Below are positions 1 through 14,036 of a stretch of DNA of 64,000 bases, piece by piece (position 1 is the stretch's first letter; every line of letters starts with the position of its first letter). This DNA comes from Prorocentrum cordatum (taxonomy: Eukaryota). Location of the stretch: contig CAUYUJ010000282.1 in NCBI GenBank assembly GCA_963575745.1, forward strand, positions 1 through 64,000, given 5' to 3'. Below the pieces are notes generated by a model, which searched no databases, was not told the DNA's origin, and worked only from the letters and a program-made list of their open reading frames with translations. The translations under genes were made by a program, and so were the position numbers.

Positions 1-228
1 CCGGTCATCGGGCCTCCCCCCTCCCTTTCCCCCTCTTTCTTCCCTCCTCCCCCTCTTTCTTCTCTCCTCCCCCTCCCCCTCACCCTCCTTCTCCCCTCCC
101 CTCCCTCTCCTACCCATCCCGTCTCCTCCCCCCTCTCCCAGCCGCGATCGTCGGGGCAGGGCCGTCGCCACCCAGGGGACAAGCCAGCCAGGAGCCGCCC
201 AAAGCAAAGCCAAGGGTGGGGGGGCACC

Positions 229-400
229 TCCCTCCGCCTCCTTCTCCTCCGCATCCTCCTCCTCCTCCTCCTCCTCCTCCTCCTCCTCCTCCTCCTCCTC
301 CTCCGTTCTCTTCCTCCTCCGCCTTCTCCTCCTCCTCCTCCTCCTCCTCCTCCTCCTCCCCATCCTCCTCCTCCTCCTGGCGTCCTCCTCCTCCTCCCTC
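229..400 (+). repeat. (CCT)n microsatellite
   Basis: Direct reading of tandem cct with few interruptions. Confidence 0.95.
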
Positions 401-419
401 TCATTCAGCAGAAAGCACT

Positions 420-3400
420 GTCAACCCCGCAGCGCCAGCATCATCATCACCATCATCAGCATCTTTCTCCTCTTTCTCCTCGCCCTCCCCCTCCCCCTCA
501 CTCCCTCCCCCACCCTCTTGTTTCAGGGCCCACCAGGGCCCCGAAGCAGCGACGAAGGAACATGCCAAGGCACCAGACGTCAGCCAAATCGAACAGCCCA
601 GCGAAACACCCAGCTTTGCGGCCAAGGCCAGCAGCGCAAGGTTCACGGTCGACGCTGGCGCGCCTCGGCCCCCGCTGTTGCCACGGCGGGCCCGCAGTCC
701 TCATGTACAGGCGTCCCGAGCAGCCCGGTGGCGGTGGGACCACTGCTTACCAGGGGCCCATTGGCCAAGGGGGGGTCCACCAGGATGTCTCTCCCGCCTG
801 TCCCAGAAACGAGAGGGATTACGTCACCTATCCCTTGTGCTGGCCACCTCCCCCGCCACGCTGGCGATCCACCAGGATCGGCGGCGCCAAAGGCATCAGC
901 CGCCAGGCCGCCCCAAGCCAGCCCCGACGATAGCCCCGACTTCGACCCGGACACGGATTGTCACCCCAGCATCCTGAAGGCCGGGGATTTCGGCGACGGG
1001 GAGTCCGACCACGCTGAGGCTGAGGCTGCGGCGCAGAAGGTCGTGGGGACAGAGCAGCGTGCGGGTGACGATGCGCCCGCGCATGAATACATGACAGCGC
1101 GCGCGGCTGCCACCGCTGCCGGGAGGGGGGATCGCGATCGCGCGGGTGATCCTTCCCGCCGCGATCGCCGCCAGCCACGCAGGGCATTTTTCCCGATCCC
1201 CGACCCTGTCCCTGCCACCAGGCAGGGGAGTAGCATGGAGCGCACAGGCGCCACCAATGGCATCGGCGTCGCTTCCGCATATGGCCAATCAGGCTCTGAC
1301 AGCACGGCCCTGATCCACCGGGTATGAGACGCCGCAAATCAGAGTGGCGGACACGCCGTATTTTGTATGCGCCGATGCCTAGCGTGACATAGATCAGTGA
1401 GTGATTCGGCACTCCCCACCCACATCTTTTCACTGGGACTGTCAAGCGCAACCAAAGGTTACACAGACGAGCATTCATGCACTTCTGGGCATTGCCTTGA
1501 TTGGGACAGCAGAGCCCCATGCGCAGATAAGACGCGCGTTGGCTACGCCTCGACTTCGTCCTGTTCCGCGACCTTCTTGCTAAGCAGCACCTGGGCCTCC
1601 TGGCCACTCGCGACTTAGACCCGGCGCGACAATTGGACGGGCGAAATGCAGCGCCCGCTTGCTTACCCTTCAACCGACTGGGCGACCGCATCGAAGGCGT
1701 GTGCTGGGCGCGCACGGGCGCGGCGGATCTCGCCGGCGACGCGGGCTGTTCGAAGTGGCCACCCGAGCCGCGCGCGCGACCCATGACGAGCTCGGCCGCG
1801 TCACTCAAGCCCACGGCCAGGGCGAGCGACGCAGGGGGCCAGCGAGGCACGGTACAGCTCCGCGTTTGCCGCGTGCGCGCGCCACCCCCTAGCTGACCCG
1901 CGCCGCGGGACAGCGCGTCGAGCGATGATCGCCCTCGACATGCGTGCGTGGAACCAGCCACGCACAGATGTGGGACGCAGCCAAGCACGCCGGGGCAGCT
2001 GCCAACCTGCTGGCGCAGCGGCGTCGATCGACTAGCCTCGCGGATATTCCGCGCGCGCAGTGGGCGCCATGGCATCCGCGGAAGCTGAACGCCAGAGGTG
2101 CAGCCGACGCGACCAGACCGCCTGCGGTGTAGCACGGCGCAACCACATGCGAGCCAAGAACGGAGCCAGGGCCAAAAGCCAGTGGGGCGCAGCCGCAGCA
2201 CAGCGGCCCTCCCCGGCCTGCAGGCACGTGGACCTGCACCGACAACGGCGAGGAGGAGCCAACCGCCGGATCTCTCCAGGCGCGTGGCCCACCGCGGCAT
2301 AATGCGAGGCCGCGAGGCCTACGACCGCAGCATGGCGATTGCTCAGCCGACGCCCCTTCAGACGCGATCTCGGGCAGCCCTGGTGACTCGCACTACCGGA
2401 CCCCCGCCTCCACGAATAAACCGAGCAACGGCCTCGCCGAGGCCGCTGCCACGCTGGAACTCACGACGGGCGCCTGGGAGCCAGCGCCGGGGCGACGCCG
2501 CGGGGCCGGGGCCCAGGCCGACGCGGCAATCCCTACCGGGGGCGCTGTCAAGGCGGAGCGCCGCCAAGGATTCCCCCGCCCAGCCCCCGCCCAGACATCT
2601 GTTCGCGCCGACGAAGCTCTCGCCCGCGCCATCCGCGCCCGACCCGCTGCCCGAGCCGGCGGCGAGGGCGGTTGGGCCACAGGGGGTGCCAATGCGCTCC
2701 CAGACGGGGCCCCGCGACTGTCCGCCCGAGCTGCGGGCCACGCAGCGCGCCAGGTTTTTGGCATGGAAAGGAGAGCTTCCGACGGACCAGCGCGCGTTCT
2801 CAGTCATGTCCACATGGGTGCGCGCACGGGGGGCGCCGGCCCACCGCCGCCCAGCGTCGTGGAGGGCGCGCCGGGCCCGCCCTGCAAGTTTCGGGGCGAC
2901 CCCGCGCGGAATTATCAACGACGTCAGCATCGCGTTCGCCATGCCGGGGAAACGCCCGTCGCCTGCATGTGGATTCAGACAGGAATGCGCGCCTCGACTA
3001 ACCGCCGTCCAAGTCAGCCGGACCTCGACGCCAGCCATCCACGGCAAATTCGCACAGGAAGAGCACATTCGCGTCTCGTGACATTCGCCAACTGGCACCA
3101 GCAAGGCAGTTCTTCCTCACTGGGCGACATCATGCCAGTGGCGCGCGCGTGGAGAAAGCGGCAGCGCTGGTGCGCACCGCGCTCGCAGATGACAGCGGCC
3201 CCTCGGCCCCCGTTGCCAGGGGCCCAGAAACATCGCTTGAAGGGGCTGTCCTTTTTAACGGCCTGTCGGGCCGAAGCGCCCACCCCGGAAAGTGATTGGA
3301 TGCGCTTCTGTGGAGGAGCTCTACTACCGGGTGGCGGCCTTCGAGCCCAGCGGCAACCCCTTCGAATCCCGCTCGCGGGGATCTACATCGACGTTGCGCC

Positions 3401-5100
3401 AGCAGCGGAGGGCGCGGACCTCGACCTTGCTGCCGCTGCCGAAACCCGAGTTCGCCGAGCGGTGGCTAGACCCCCCATGGTCGCCCGAGGCGCGCGCGCA
3501 TGAGCTCGCTCCATAAGGCCCCTGGTGGCGGGCATTTGCGCCGCAGGTGCTGGCGCCCGAGCCGCAGGCGCGACGGCGCGACGCATTTTTTCCAGCGACC
3601 CGCCGTTTGCCGGCATCCGCCCCAGGGAGCGCGGGCGGATATCCCGGCGGGCCACGCGCCCCCTCGCATTCCCAGGCCATGCCTTGGAACTGGAAGCCGT
3701 CGCGCAGCGGGGGGCGCCCCTCGGCGGCGCGTCCAGGAGCGGCGAGACACTAGTCTCAGCGCCATAACCGAAGAGGTGCGCGACCGCGCGAGAGCCTTTC
3801 GTGGGGTGGTCCGACGGGTGGAGTCTGGTAAACCATCGCCCGACTGGAATTGAGCTGGCCAGCCTTGGGCGCGATGCGTGACGGCTGGGGCGCGCGCCTG
3901 CCGTGGTGACACCTGCCCTTTGGGCAGTTCGCGCATGTTCGCAGAGCGTCGCAAGGTCGCGCCTGCTTACGACCCCCGCCGCGAGGCATGACATCGGGGC
4001 GCTGGCGGCGGGGATTCAAGGCCTCGACTACTTCGCCAGCGCTTGATTGAAAAGGACAACAGGCAAAGCCAAATGCGCCGCGCCCAACAGAGGGGGAGCG
4101 CGCGCGGGGATCTCGGCCGACCCATCGCCGCCGCGCCGACGGCGTAGCTGAGGAGGAGACTCAGGAAATCACCGCCTGGAGATGCCCTTGCCGGACTGAT
4201 GAGCGAACCTCCCTGGCAACAGTGATCTCAGACGAGAAGTGGAGAGACCGCCCGCCACGCGCGGCGCTGCGGGCCACTGTAAGAGGGCGCGCAGCTTCTC
4301 CACCGCCAGGCCAGCCCGGCCCAGGAAGAACTCCCGCAGGCCATCCCAAGACCGCCGCCAGAGGATCATGTCGAAGCATGCGTTGGCACTGGCACGTGGG
4401 CTAGGTGGGCCCGCGCGGCCGCGGGTGGGGCCTGCCCGCGGAGGTCCCGGATCATCGTTTGAATCGCTCCGCCCGAGCGCGCGGCTTTGCGCAGCCAGCG
4501 CAAAATGCCGAAACTCTCGCGCTGCTTCACGCGAGCACCAAGGCCCAGAGACCCGCCCACATGTTCATGGACAACGCAGCAGTTGTCGACGGGGTCCGAT
4601 GCCTTTCTCGCAGGACACCCACCGCAGACCAAGGGTTCGCCAGCTAACCTGTGGCAGTGCATCCACAGGGTGGTCCAGGCCAAACCGGGCATGTTCAAGG
4701 CCCACAAGTTGAAAGCCACTTCGGCGAGCAAGGGATTACACGACGAAAGCCGCATCTCGCCGATTGCCAAGGCCTTTACCCGCCACGCTGACGAGCTAGC
4801 AACAGCTGGAGCCCGTCTGCACTTCGCGCTTCACGAAGCCATCGACGCGGATAAGTGGCGACATACACTCGCAGCTATCATCCGCGGCATTGCGGCGGCG
4901 ATATGCGACCGTCGTCGCCGCGCACGGCCGATGACAGACAGACGAGATGGCCGCTCCGGGTCGGGACTCCGCCGCGTGGAACCCCACCTTCTCGTCAAAC
5001 GGGGGGCGAGCCGCCGGGCTCGCCCGATGGCCCGCGCTCGCGAGGCCCGCCATGACCAGGCATCATGGCATTTTTTAGAAGATCCGCAGGGCGCCCCCTC
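420..5100 (+). mobile_element. Heavily decayed non-LTR retrotransposon (EEP-like, RT, RNase H); boundaries approximate
   Basis: Frameshifted motifs in the expected order: possible EEP GIALIGTAEPH (~1490) and DLAGDA (~1730); RT-like AVGPQGVP...LAWKGELPTDQRAFSVMSTWVR (~2670-2820) and CGFRQEC (~2970); RNase H AQNAETLA...FMDNAAVV, NLWQ...HKLKA...HADELATAGA (~4495-4810). Confidence 0.6.
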
Positions 5101-5640
5101 GACAACTCAGAAGGAGAAGCATGGTCATAGGCGCCCAACCCTCGGCAACGCAAGGGTGGCGCGCACGAAGCCCGCGAGAAGGGGCTTGTTTGGACTGCGC
5201 AGGTGGCGCTGCCGCGCGCGGAGGGGTCCGCTGGCCGCGCGTTGCTTTCCATTGATCTCCTTGTTAGTTGGTCGTCGTGTCGCGTCTGCGCGCGGCGCGA
5301 CATGTCTGTAGTGCACATGTAGCCCCTGGCAGTGAACGGCGTAATTGCCGTGCAACTGCAGAGCGAGTGCTGCCCGAGCGCGATGTCATGTTTGCGCGAG
5401 CACGCAAATGCGGTCGCGCGAAAGTGGTATGATTATCGCAAGCACGCAAGCAAGAAGGCTATGCATCCTGAGGGATGCGTGGACGGCAAGGACACCCACG
5501 GTTCCTGCCGCGATTCGCTGCGACAGACAATCGGCGCCAGCGCGGATTGGACTAAACAGCCCGAGAGGAGGGGGAGGAGGAGGAGGAGGAGGAGGAGGAG
5601 CTGGAGCTGGGGGAGGAGGAGCTGGAGGGGGAAGAGGGAG

Positions 5641-8432
5641 GACCTGCACGCAATGACAAATGATGGAAATCATACCATTCTATACACTTCTGTTGCCCGC
5701 TGCTGCCGGGGGCGGCCTCGCCGCCGAGCGGTCGCCCAGCTTCGCGGGGCCCCGTCCGGGTTGCACAGGACCTCCCTGACCAAGGAACCGGCGCTGTTGT
5801 TGTTCGCGATCTTGTTGTGCAGGGCGATTTGCCTCGAGGCCAAGATGTTCGAGAGCGGCTGCGCTACTGCTCTGCGTTGGACATCGTCGTTGCTGATCCT
5901 TGATACATGCGAGCACGGGATGCCCATGATGCGTTTCGAACTCCTGCAATGGAAAGCACCCAGCCGGGCCCTCTCAGCGCGTAGTAGCCAGACAGTCGAG
6001 AAAGCACAACAGCTTGCTCAGCACAGACGTCTCGTAAATCTTCATTTTCCGCGCCAGACCCATGGAAGAATGGGGCCGCATCTTCCGAAGTCGGTTGAAA
6101 ACCCCAGTCGCGTCTCCAATGCGCCGCGAGAGTTCTGATGCAGCCTTTCCGTCGCAAGTGATGAGCCCACCTAAACAAACGGCTTCCCGCGCCGTGCTGA
6201 TAGGGCCGCCATCTGGCTTCGCGATACTCATTCCTGTCGAGATCTGTATCTGAACAGTCTTATCACAATTCAGCTCTAAGCCGTACTTCGCGCCCTCCTC
6301 GACGACGGCGTTGAACATATTTTGCAGGTTCCCTTGGTGTTGCGAGGCCGACATGGCGTCGTCAGCATAAAGAGCACCCCTGGTGACCAAGAACGCCGTC
6401 TCATCACGAATATCAGCGCGGTCGAACACGTCGTGCAGGAGGACTCTTTGCACGGCGATGAAGAGGTAGGGCGATGGCGGGCACCCTTGGGCGATCCCTG
6501 CGCGCTGACGTCTTTCTGAGGATGATCCCGCGTGGTCGTGCACGACGAAGTACCGGCTCTCGTTTATCGCCCCGATCATGCTCGCCATTTCCGCAGGCAG
6601 CCCAAACCTGTGCGAAACCGCGCGCGCTACGTTTGGCTCCACTCTGTCGAAAGCTTTCGCCCAGTCCAACATGAGATGCAGCGTGCCGCCCGAGTTGTTG
6701 TTGCGCGCAGCGTTTATCATGCGCCTCGCCAACATCAGAGCGTCTGCCGTGCCACGACCTGGTCGGAAGTCATACTGTGAATTCCGCGTCCTCTTCCGGC
6801 GCCACCACCGATCAACCTTTTGTGCAACATGGAAGCAAGGACTTTGCATCCTACTGGCAATAGCGAAATTGGCCGGTAGTTTGCTGGGAGCGCGGCGTCG
6901 CCTTCCTTGAAAAAGAGGACGACTTTTGCGCGGCGCCACGCCTCTGGAATTGTTTTCTGCTCCCAGCACTTTTGACGCACTTGAAGCAGAATGCCGCAAG
7001 CCAGGTCGTCATCCGCCACTGCCTTCCAGAAGTCTGGCGGCGCGTCGTCGAGCCCGGCCGCCTTCCCGACCTTCAGTCTGCCCGGAGTTCGCCGGGGCTC
7101 TGTGTCGACTGGCAACGCAGGCCCAAGCGGCGCGTCACTTGCGGGACTCATGCCTTCAAGGCGTCACTGCGCGTGCTCGAAGTAGTCTGCCAAGACATTC
7201 GCCCTGTCCGCCGAGTCACTCAGACTGCCGTCGGGCTTTTTGATTGAAGCATGCTTGGCGGGCCTGGGCTCGCGAAGGTACCAGGTTTGCTTCCCCATTC
7301 CCTCCGCGAGTAAACGAATCCAGCCACCTTTTTTCTGTCTTCTTTTCGGGGTTTCCTGATGAGTTTGTGGAGTCTGCGTTCGCCCTCGTAGTCGGCAGCC
7401 CTGCAGCGCGCATCGCGATCCGAGATCAATTGCAGCGTAGCTCGGCTAGTCCATGGCCGCCTGGCCAGGGGGCCCCCGTCAGGAAGCGCATCGGCAGCGC
7501 GGGCGAAAGCGGCTCGAAGATCCTCTGTGGCGTCGTCTAGGGAGTCTGGCTGGGCAGAAGACGAGTCCGTAAACCTTCGTGCGAGGGCGGATCGAACGAT
7601 TTGGTGCTGGAATGCCGATGTATCCACGGAGTTCTTTTGTGCCTGGGCCTCCGCGTTGACGTTCGCGCTGGTCTCGACGATGGTGAGGAAATGGTGGCTG
7701 TTTAGAGCGCGTGTCCGGCTCGTCCAACAACTCGCGATCGCAGGCAGAGCGCCCCGGTGACATAGCACATGGTCTATCTGAGCAAAACGCTCCGGCGATA
7801 AGATTACGATGCGAAATTTGCATGTCGGGAGGGTTGTCAAAGTAGGTGTTCGCGACGATGAGCTCGCACGCCTCGCAACATTCGAATGAAAACCGCCGGT
7901 TCGAAGTGGTGGGATCCTGGCCGTCATGCGATGCAGCCGCCGTGAAAACGCATGGTCTGATAACGTGGCCCTCGGATGCCCCCGTGCGACGCAAACGAGC
8001 GTTGAAATCTCCGAAAGCGAACGTGATGCTGTGGTCCATGGTCGGCCAGACGAGCTCCTCGAGGTCGTTGAAGAAGTTCTGCCGCTTCTCGTAGTCGTGC
8101 TCAGAATGCGGAGCACAAGCTGACAGGCGCGTCGAAATGCCCCCGCGCAGTCGCACGCGAAGGGTAGCCATGCGATCACACTGAGCTTTGAAGGCCGCGA
8201 CGGCAGAGCGCACCCAAGGCGAGACTATGAAACCAACGCCCGCCCACGGACGCTCTTCCAGATTCAGTTTACCAGAGAGAAATATGAGGAAGCCGTCCTG
8301 CTCGTAAGATTCGGCTCCACGGAGGTGTGTCTCCTGAATGCATAGAATATCAATTCCCTGCTGTTCCATTACACGCTGAAGCTCCATTAGCTTGATTACG
8401 GAATCGCCTCGCAGACCCTTAACGTTCCATGA
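5641..8432 (-). mobile_element. Decayed LINE ORF2 (APE endonuclease + RT, no RNase H seen), RTE/L2-like
   Basis: SWNVKGL...DILCIQETHL, AGVGFIV, AFGDFNARL, QIDHVL (APE); GKAAGLD, NYRPISLL, QYDFRPGRGT, LDWAKAFDRV, GIAQGCPPSPYLF, LYADD, LELNCDKT, CLGGLIT (RT); C-terminal RRRGRP motif ending at 5670; several frameshifts. Confidence 0.93.
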
Positions 8433-8434
8433 TT

Positions 8435-9020
8435 CTCGCGCGCGCGCAAATTTGTTTCCCCGCGAACACGGAATGAGGCGCGAGTTGTCGCGCGAGCCCC
8501 AGCGCGCAATGCGCCGCGAAATTCCGCGCGAAATTTCAGCGCGAAATTGTTGCGCGGATGTTTCAAGGCGGTCTCTGATTCTAGGAGGCGCTCGCAGGCG
8601 CGGCCGGGTGCTCGCTGGCGAGTTGGGGAAGCAGTCATGGGTAAGTTTTCGCGCGGCCAGTCTAGGCAGCAACCCTCGGGGCCAACTCGCGCGGGCGACT
8701 TCGCGCGGGCGATTTCGCGCGGGCGATTTCGCGCGGGCAATTGCGCGCAGGCAATTTCGCGACCCTGCGTCGTGGCCGCCCATGCTTCTCGTCTGCCTCT
8801 GACGAGCGGGTTTGTGTTTTTCTCGGCGACATTGTGATTGGGCCCGGCGATGCCAATGCTCATGGTCGCAGTGCCGACGGCTCGTGCGCGCGTGACGACG
8901 GTGGGAAAGGGGGCGCGGTCCAGCGCCCGCGCCGTTGGGCGGGCTGCGAGGGGTGTCCATCCCGCCGCGGCGCAGATGATTGATCGCGCGAAATTGCCGG
9001 GGGCGCCCGGGCAATTTCGC
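8435..9020. repeat. Clustered short CGCGCGAAATT / AATTTCGCGCG-type repeats
   Basis: Many copies of gcgcgaaatt/atttcgcgcgggc, including a 14-bp tandem array near 8690-8760. Confidence 0.7.
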
Positions 9021-12000
9021 GGCCCATCCCACGCTCCTTCGCGTCTCCAGGGGATCGGCTTCTGCGAGAAGAGGGCCCACTCGGTCTCGGCGGGGCCCTC
9101 GACAATGGCGGTGATCACGCCGCTGCAGCAACGCGCCGTCATAGCCGAGGCCGCGCGTCAGACCCGACAGGCGCCCCCACCCCAGTGGGGCGCCACGACA
9201 GCGATGGTCGCGACGCTGACGATGAAAGCGCATTTCCTCGCCCCGGCAGGCTCGCTCCTTCCATTTTCATAGAATCAAACGACGAAAGACAAACAGCTTT
9301 GATCACATGCATTTCTTTATTGAATGAAGCCGCGCCACCCCTCGCGCGTCTCAAGCGCGGTTGGCGCTCGCCCCCCCCCCCCCCCACCCGGCGCTTGCGC
9401 GCGGTCTCTCGAGGGCGCGGGCGAGGGCCAGGAATCGATTTTCCATGGGCAGCGCCTGGGCATCGTTTCTGAAATTGTTGATGGGGCGCCGAAGACGCGA
9501 AAAGCTGAGAAGATGGATCGGGCCGCGAAAGCACCGAACACGTTGAACAGCCGAGTGAGACTCTGCGCCCAGCCGAACACGCGACAAACGCAGACACAAT
9601 TCGACGACAGAAGTTCGGCGACAGCAATAAAGAAGGCCGACGCGAAGCAAAGATAGACCGACGACATTCAAAAGACAAGAAAACAATTGCCAGCGACAGA
9701 AATATGAGTCTGACGACAATCAGCCAGCGGCGCAGAGCCGCGACGAAACCCGAAGTGGCGACGACAAAATGTTTCGGGAAGACGTGCGACAGAAATTGCG
9801 GAAGCGCCATTCCATGGTGAATTCATGGGGGCTGCAGACCACGGGCCCGATGTGTCACGCGGTTTAGTCGAGCGATATATCGTCGCGCGTTCCGCGCGCC
9901 CGGCAGGCTCGCGCCCGCGATGGGATTTCGGGCGCGCGCTGATGCAATCTCGCGCGCGCAGCGGGTTTGTCGCGCGCTGGAGACGCGCGCGCGCGCCGAT
10001 GCCATATCGCGCCGCGCGCCCCCGCCGCGGCCGAAGCGCGAGGCGCGCGCGGGGTGGGGTGTCGCGCGAGAGACATAGTGTTGCGCAGTCTGTCCGCGTT
10101 GCGCACGGCGCGATACCGGCGTCGGCGTCGACGCGAGAGCCGCGGTTCGGGGCGGGCGGTGGTGTCGGAGTTGAATTCGCACGTCGCCCAACACAGGTCG
10201 GCGAGCTTCAGTTGTCGATTTTGGGTATGTGCTCAATCTTTTTATGTAAAACGATTTGTCTGTGGATTTTCCCCCGCGCGCAGTGGGGAGGTGAGAAGGC
10301 GCGCCGCGACTGCGCCTCAGGAGGCGAAGCCTCGCTGGAACCCAACCTGGGGCGATCGCGGCCCGGGAGAAACCTTCGCGCGATGGGCAAGCGGTCGCGG
10401 ACTGCGCCCCCCCGCGGGCTGGCGCCGTCGCCCCAGCCCGCTGGGCTGGCCAGCCCCCCGGCGCAGCGCGCTCTGCCGCCCGGCCCGAGCCCCGCCCCGC
10501 CCGGGATAATTCTGGAACAAAGGGCCCTAGCGCCATCCGCCAGGGCGCAGGTGCCCGAGCGACGCCAGCGCAGCCCGCCCATCGGAGGCGTGCCCTCACG
10601 CGGCGTCTCACCGCGGCCAGGCGACAGCCTGCCCATGAACGCGAAACTGTTCTTATCGCAAGCATCGCGGCGCTGCGACAGCGCACGTCCAGCATCGCAC
10701 CCACGCTGCGTAGCGCCCGGGAACAGTCGCGCCCCCTCCTCGATAGGTTCAAAGTGCGAAGTCCGCCAGGAACGAGCTCCAGCTAGCTTTTTCCCCCACG
10801 CCTATCTCTCATGGGGCCACTCCTCAGGCGCGACTGAGTGCTCACCGCTAGCGCACCAGCGTTAGCCTCTCCATTTTTCGCCCGCGGCGAAAGCACCCGG
10901 CAACCTGTTGCGCAGTTCAGGCACTGGGCCGTCGAGGAGGATGCCCAAACGTGGGGCCTTCTTCCCGAGGAAATCGAGGCGCGCATGCCGAAGCGCGCTA
11001 CAAGCCGGCGCCCAACTGCAGTACGTCAGAGCTCCGAGTCATCAGGGTTGGGGGCGGTCAGGGGTAATTACATAATCGCGCCTCGGGGGCGCAAACCGGA
11101 ATTGCAGATTCGCGCCTCGGGGGGCCCAAATCGGAATGACCCCGGATATCTTGTATCCCGGATAATTCGGGCGCCCGAACACGGGCGCGCAAGAGGGGGC
11201 GTGCCACGCTCTCATCGCCTCGCCCTTGGTTTTTTTTGTTTTGCTGCCGGGGTCTTTGACCGCGCCAGGGGGGTCCGTTCCTGTTATTTCAGGCGGCACC
11301 GCCCACCAATGAGAGGTTGGCCGAGCAAAAGCCAGCAGCATCCTGCGGGCCAGAACAAAACCATCGTCCGAAGTGGCGCGCTCCTCCTCCACTTCCCCCT
11401 CCTCCCTTTCCCTCCGCCCCCGTTCTCTCTTTCGAGTCCTTTCCATTTCTCCCCTCCCCTGGCCCCTCGCCCCCGCCCCGCCCACCCACCCATTGCCCTT
11501 CTCTCCTGCTTGGCCCACCACCACCCCATCCCGTTTGTTTTGGAAAATAGACGACATGAGAGGATGGGGAGGTGGGCACTAGTAGCATGTACTGGAGGGG
11601 GGCGTTTTGCAACCGCGCGCCTGTGGGCGTGCTGAAGAGCGCACGTCCGCAGACTTCCTCCCGTTGTGACATCGGGAAAGAAAGGGGTGAGGAATGAAGC
11701 GGGACCAGGACGGGATAGGAGTGGTGATGGGGAGACAGGTCGGGTGTTCTTGGCAGTCTGTGCTGTGGGGTAGGAGCAATCACGCGACGACCAAGGCGCA
11801 GGCGGGAGGCCAAAGCATAAGGGGAGAATTCGGGGGAGGCGCAAGAGGGGATGGGGCGATCGGCGTGCGCACAAGACGGCCCCCGAGGTCATCGCATACC
11901 TTGACGGCCTGGCGCCGCCAACGATTGTGACGGCGACAACCACGACGCCGACTCCGGCCCCCACCACGGTGGCCTCGACGGTTTCGACCACTCCGACGGA

Positions 12001-12232
12001 GGCCGCCGCCGAGGTCGTATCCTTCGAAACGAGCACCACGGTGGTGGCGGCGCCCGCCGATGCCGCCACGACGCTGGCGGCCGACTGCGGGGAGCCCCAT
12101 CCGCCAGATCCCCCCTCCTCTCCCCTCCCTTGCTCATTTCCCCGCTTCCCTTCCCCCTCTGGCCCTCCTGACCTCCTCCTCATTCGCGTCCTCCTCCTCC
12201 TCCTCCTCTTCCTCCTCTTCCTCCTCCTCCTA

Positions 12233-12234
12233 TG

Positions 12235-12265
<31 letters not shown>

Positions 12266-12412
12266 GCAGCAGCATCATCATCATCATCATCATCGTCATC
12301 GTCATCGTCATCTTCATCTTCATCTTCATCTTCATCTTCATCTTCAACTTCATCTTCATCTTCATCTTCATCTTCATCGTCTTCATCATCATAATCATCA
12401 TCATAACCATCA
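12233..12412 (+). repeat. (CAT)n / (CATCTT)n compound microsatellite
   Basis: Direct reading. Confidence 0.9.
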
Positions 12413-12956
12413 TTTTCCCCCTATTCCTCCCCCTCCCCCTCGTCCTTCCCCTTCCCAGCCGCAGCGGGGCCGCCACGGCGGGCGCGGCCGGCGCGGCAGC
12501 CCCGCTGCGACTGGCGGGCGCGGCCGCCAATGTTGTCGTCGCTTTCGTCGTCGTGTTCGTGGTCGTTGTTTTCGCCACAACCGTCGTCGCCGTTGTCGAC
12601 ATGCTCGTCGTCGTTTTTGAGTTGCTGCCTCCGTCCTCGCCGCTGTTTCCGTCGCCGGCGTGGCCACAAGCCCAGCTGCGCGGTCGTCGTCGGTGTCGTC
12701 GCGGTCGTGGTAGGTTTTCTGTCTCGTCGTTGTAGTCGTCGTGTTCGTTGTCGTGTCTGGCCTGTGCCTTCGTTGTCGTCGTTTTTCCAACCCTCCTGCG
12801 TTGGGCTCTCGTTTTAAGTAGAGCACTGCGGTCTCCACTCCTTCCTCCCTTCCCGCCTCCCTCCCCTCTCTTCCCTCTTGTTTTCCTCCCACCTCCTCTC
12901 TCCTGCCTTTCACCTTGTTTGCACCTGCCTGCCATCCTGCCTCTTACCTCGCCGCC

Positions 12957-13660
12957 CTGCGAAATTGTCGCCACTTTCGAGGGCTTCCGGGGGGTCCAGC
13001 GTTAGATTGGGTCAATATGGCAAACGCGACCCGGGCCCTCTGGGTGAAAAGTCCCTTGAGAATCTCTGGTGAATCTCCAAGTATTTGGGCATTCCCACAG
13101 TCTCTGTAAAATCTCTGGGCTCGGCAATCTCTGGGGAAATCTGTGGAACGTATCAGAGGTTCGTAGAAACATTTGAGAGATCTCGGGAAAAAAGTCCGGG
13201 AATATCCCCGGCGTGCAGAAATCTCCAGAACAATTCAGGAACATCTCCGGATCTTCTCCAGCGGTTCTTTCGCTGGAGTCTTTTAAAGGCGCGAAGACTT
13301 TAATCATGCGGCGATTCGCCAGAAGGTTGAAGTTTTTTTTCAGATTTGCCGAAATATTTCAAGGCGCGAAGTTGTTTTGGATATTCGCCTGAAGTTTCCT
13401 AGATATTGGACATTCGCGGGAATTCGGGGGAATAGTTATCTATGGAAGCCGCAATCGACCCAGTAAGTCCAGCGGAGTGGCGCCCCACGCAGACCTAAAT
13501 AAGACCTCACCATCCCTTGGGGGCTCCGATCTGCGAAATTGCCGGCACTTTCGAGGGCTTCTGGGGGGTCCAGCGGAATGACGCCCCACGCAGGCCTAAA
13601 TAAGACCTCGCCATCCCTGGGGGGCTGCGACCTGCGGAGCTGTCGCCACTTTCGAGGGCT
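12957..13660 (+). repeat. Dispersed repeat block with ~45-bp direct repeats around an AT-richer GAAATCTC-rich core
   Basis: ctgcgaaattgtcgccactttcgagggcttccggggggtccagcg (~12957) recurs at ~13531 and partly at ~13640. Confidence 0.7.
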
Positions 13661-13997
13661 GCTGAAGGGCAGCGCAGCGAGGCGAACACGCCAGCAGCCA
13701 CGTTGCCGCGTCGGCCTGCACCCTCCCTTGGTCCACATCTTTGCTTTTCACTCCCGTGAGGGGAAGGTGGGGTGACAGAGAGGGGGGGGGGTATGAGGTG
13801 GAGCACGGGGTAGGGTAGGCGGGAGGGGCGAGTGGACAGGGGACAGCGGAGAGGGAGGAGTGAGGGAGGGAGGGAGGTTGGAGCAGTATGAGGAGGAAGA
13901 TGAGTAGGAGGAGGGCGCAGGATGAGGCGGAGGAGGAGGAGGGAGAGGAACGAGGGGGAGCAGGAGGAGGCGTTGGCGGAGGAGGCGGAGGAAGAGG

Positions 13998-14036
<39 letters not shown>

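Noticed and set aside
3335..3385. tRNA-like TTCGAATCC motif
   Set aside because: No cloverleaf or A-box could be built; it lies inside a decayed LINE.
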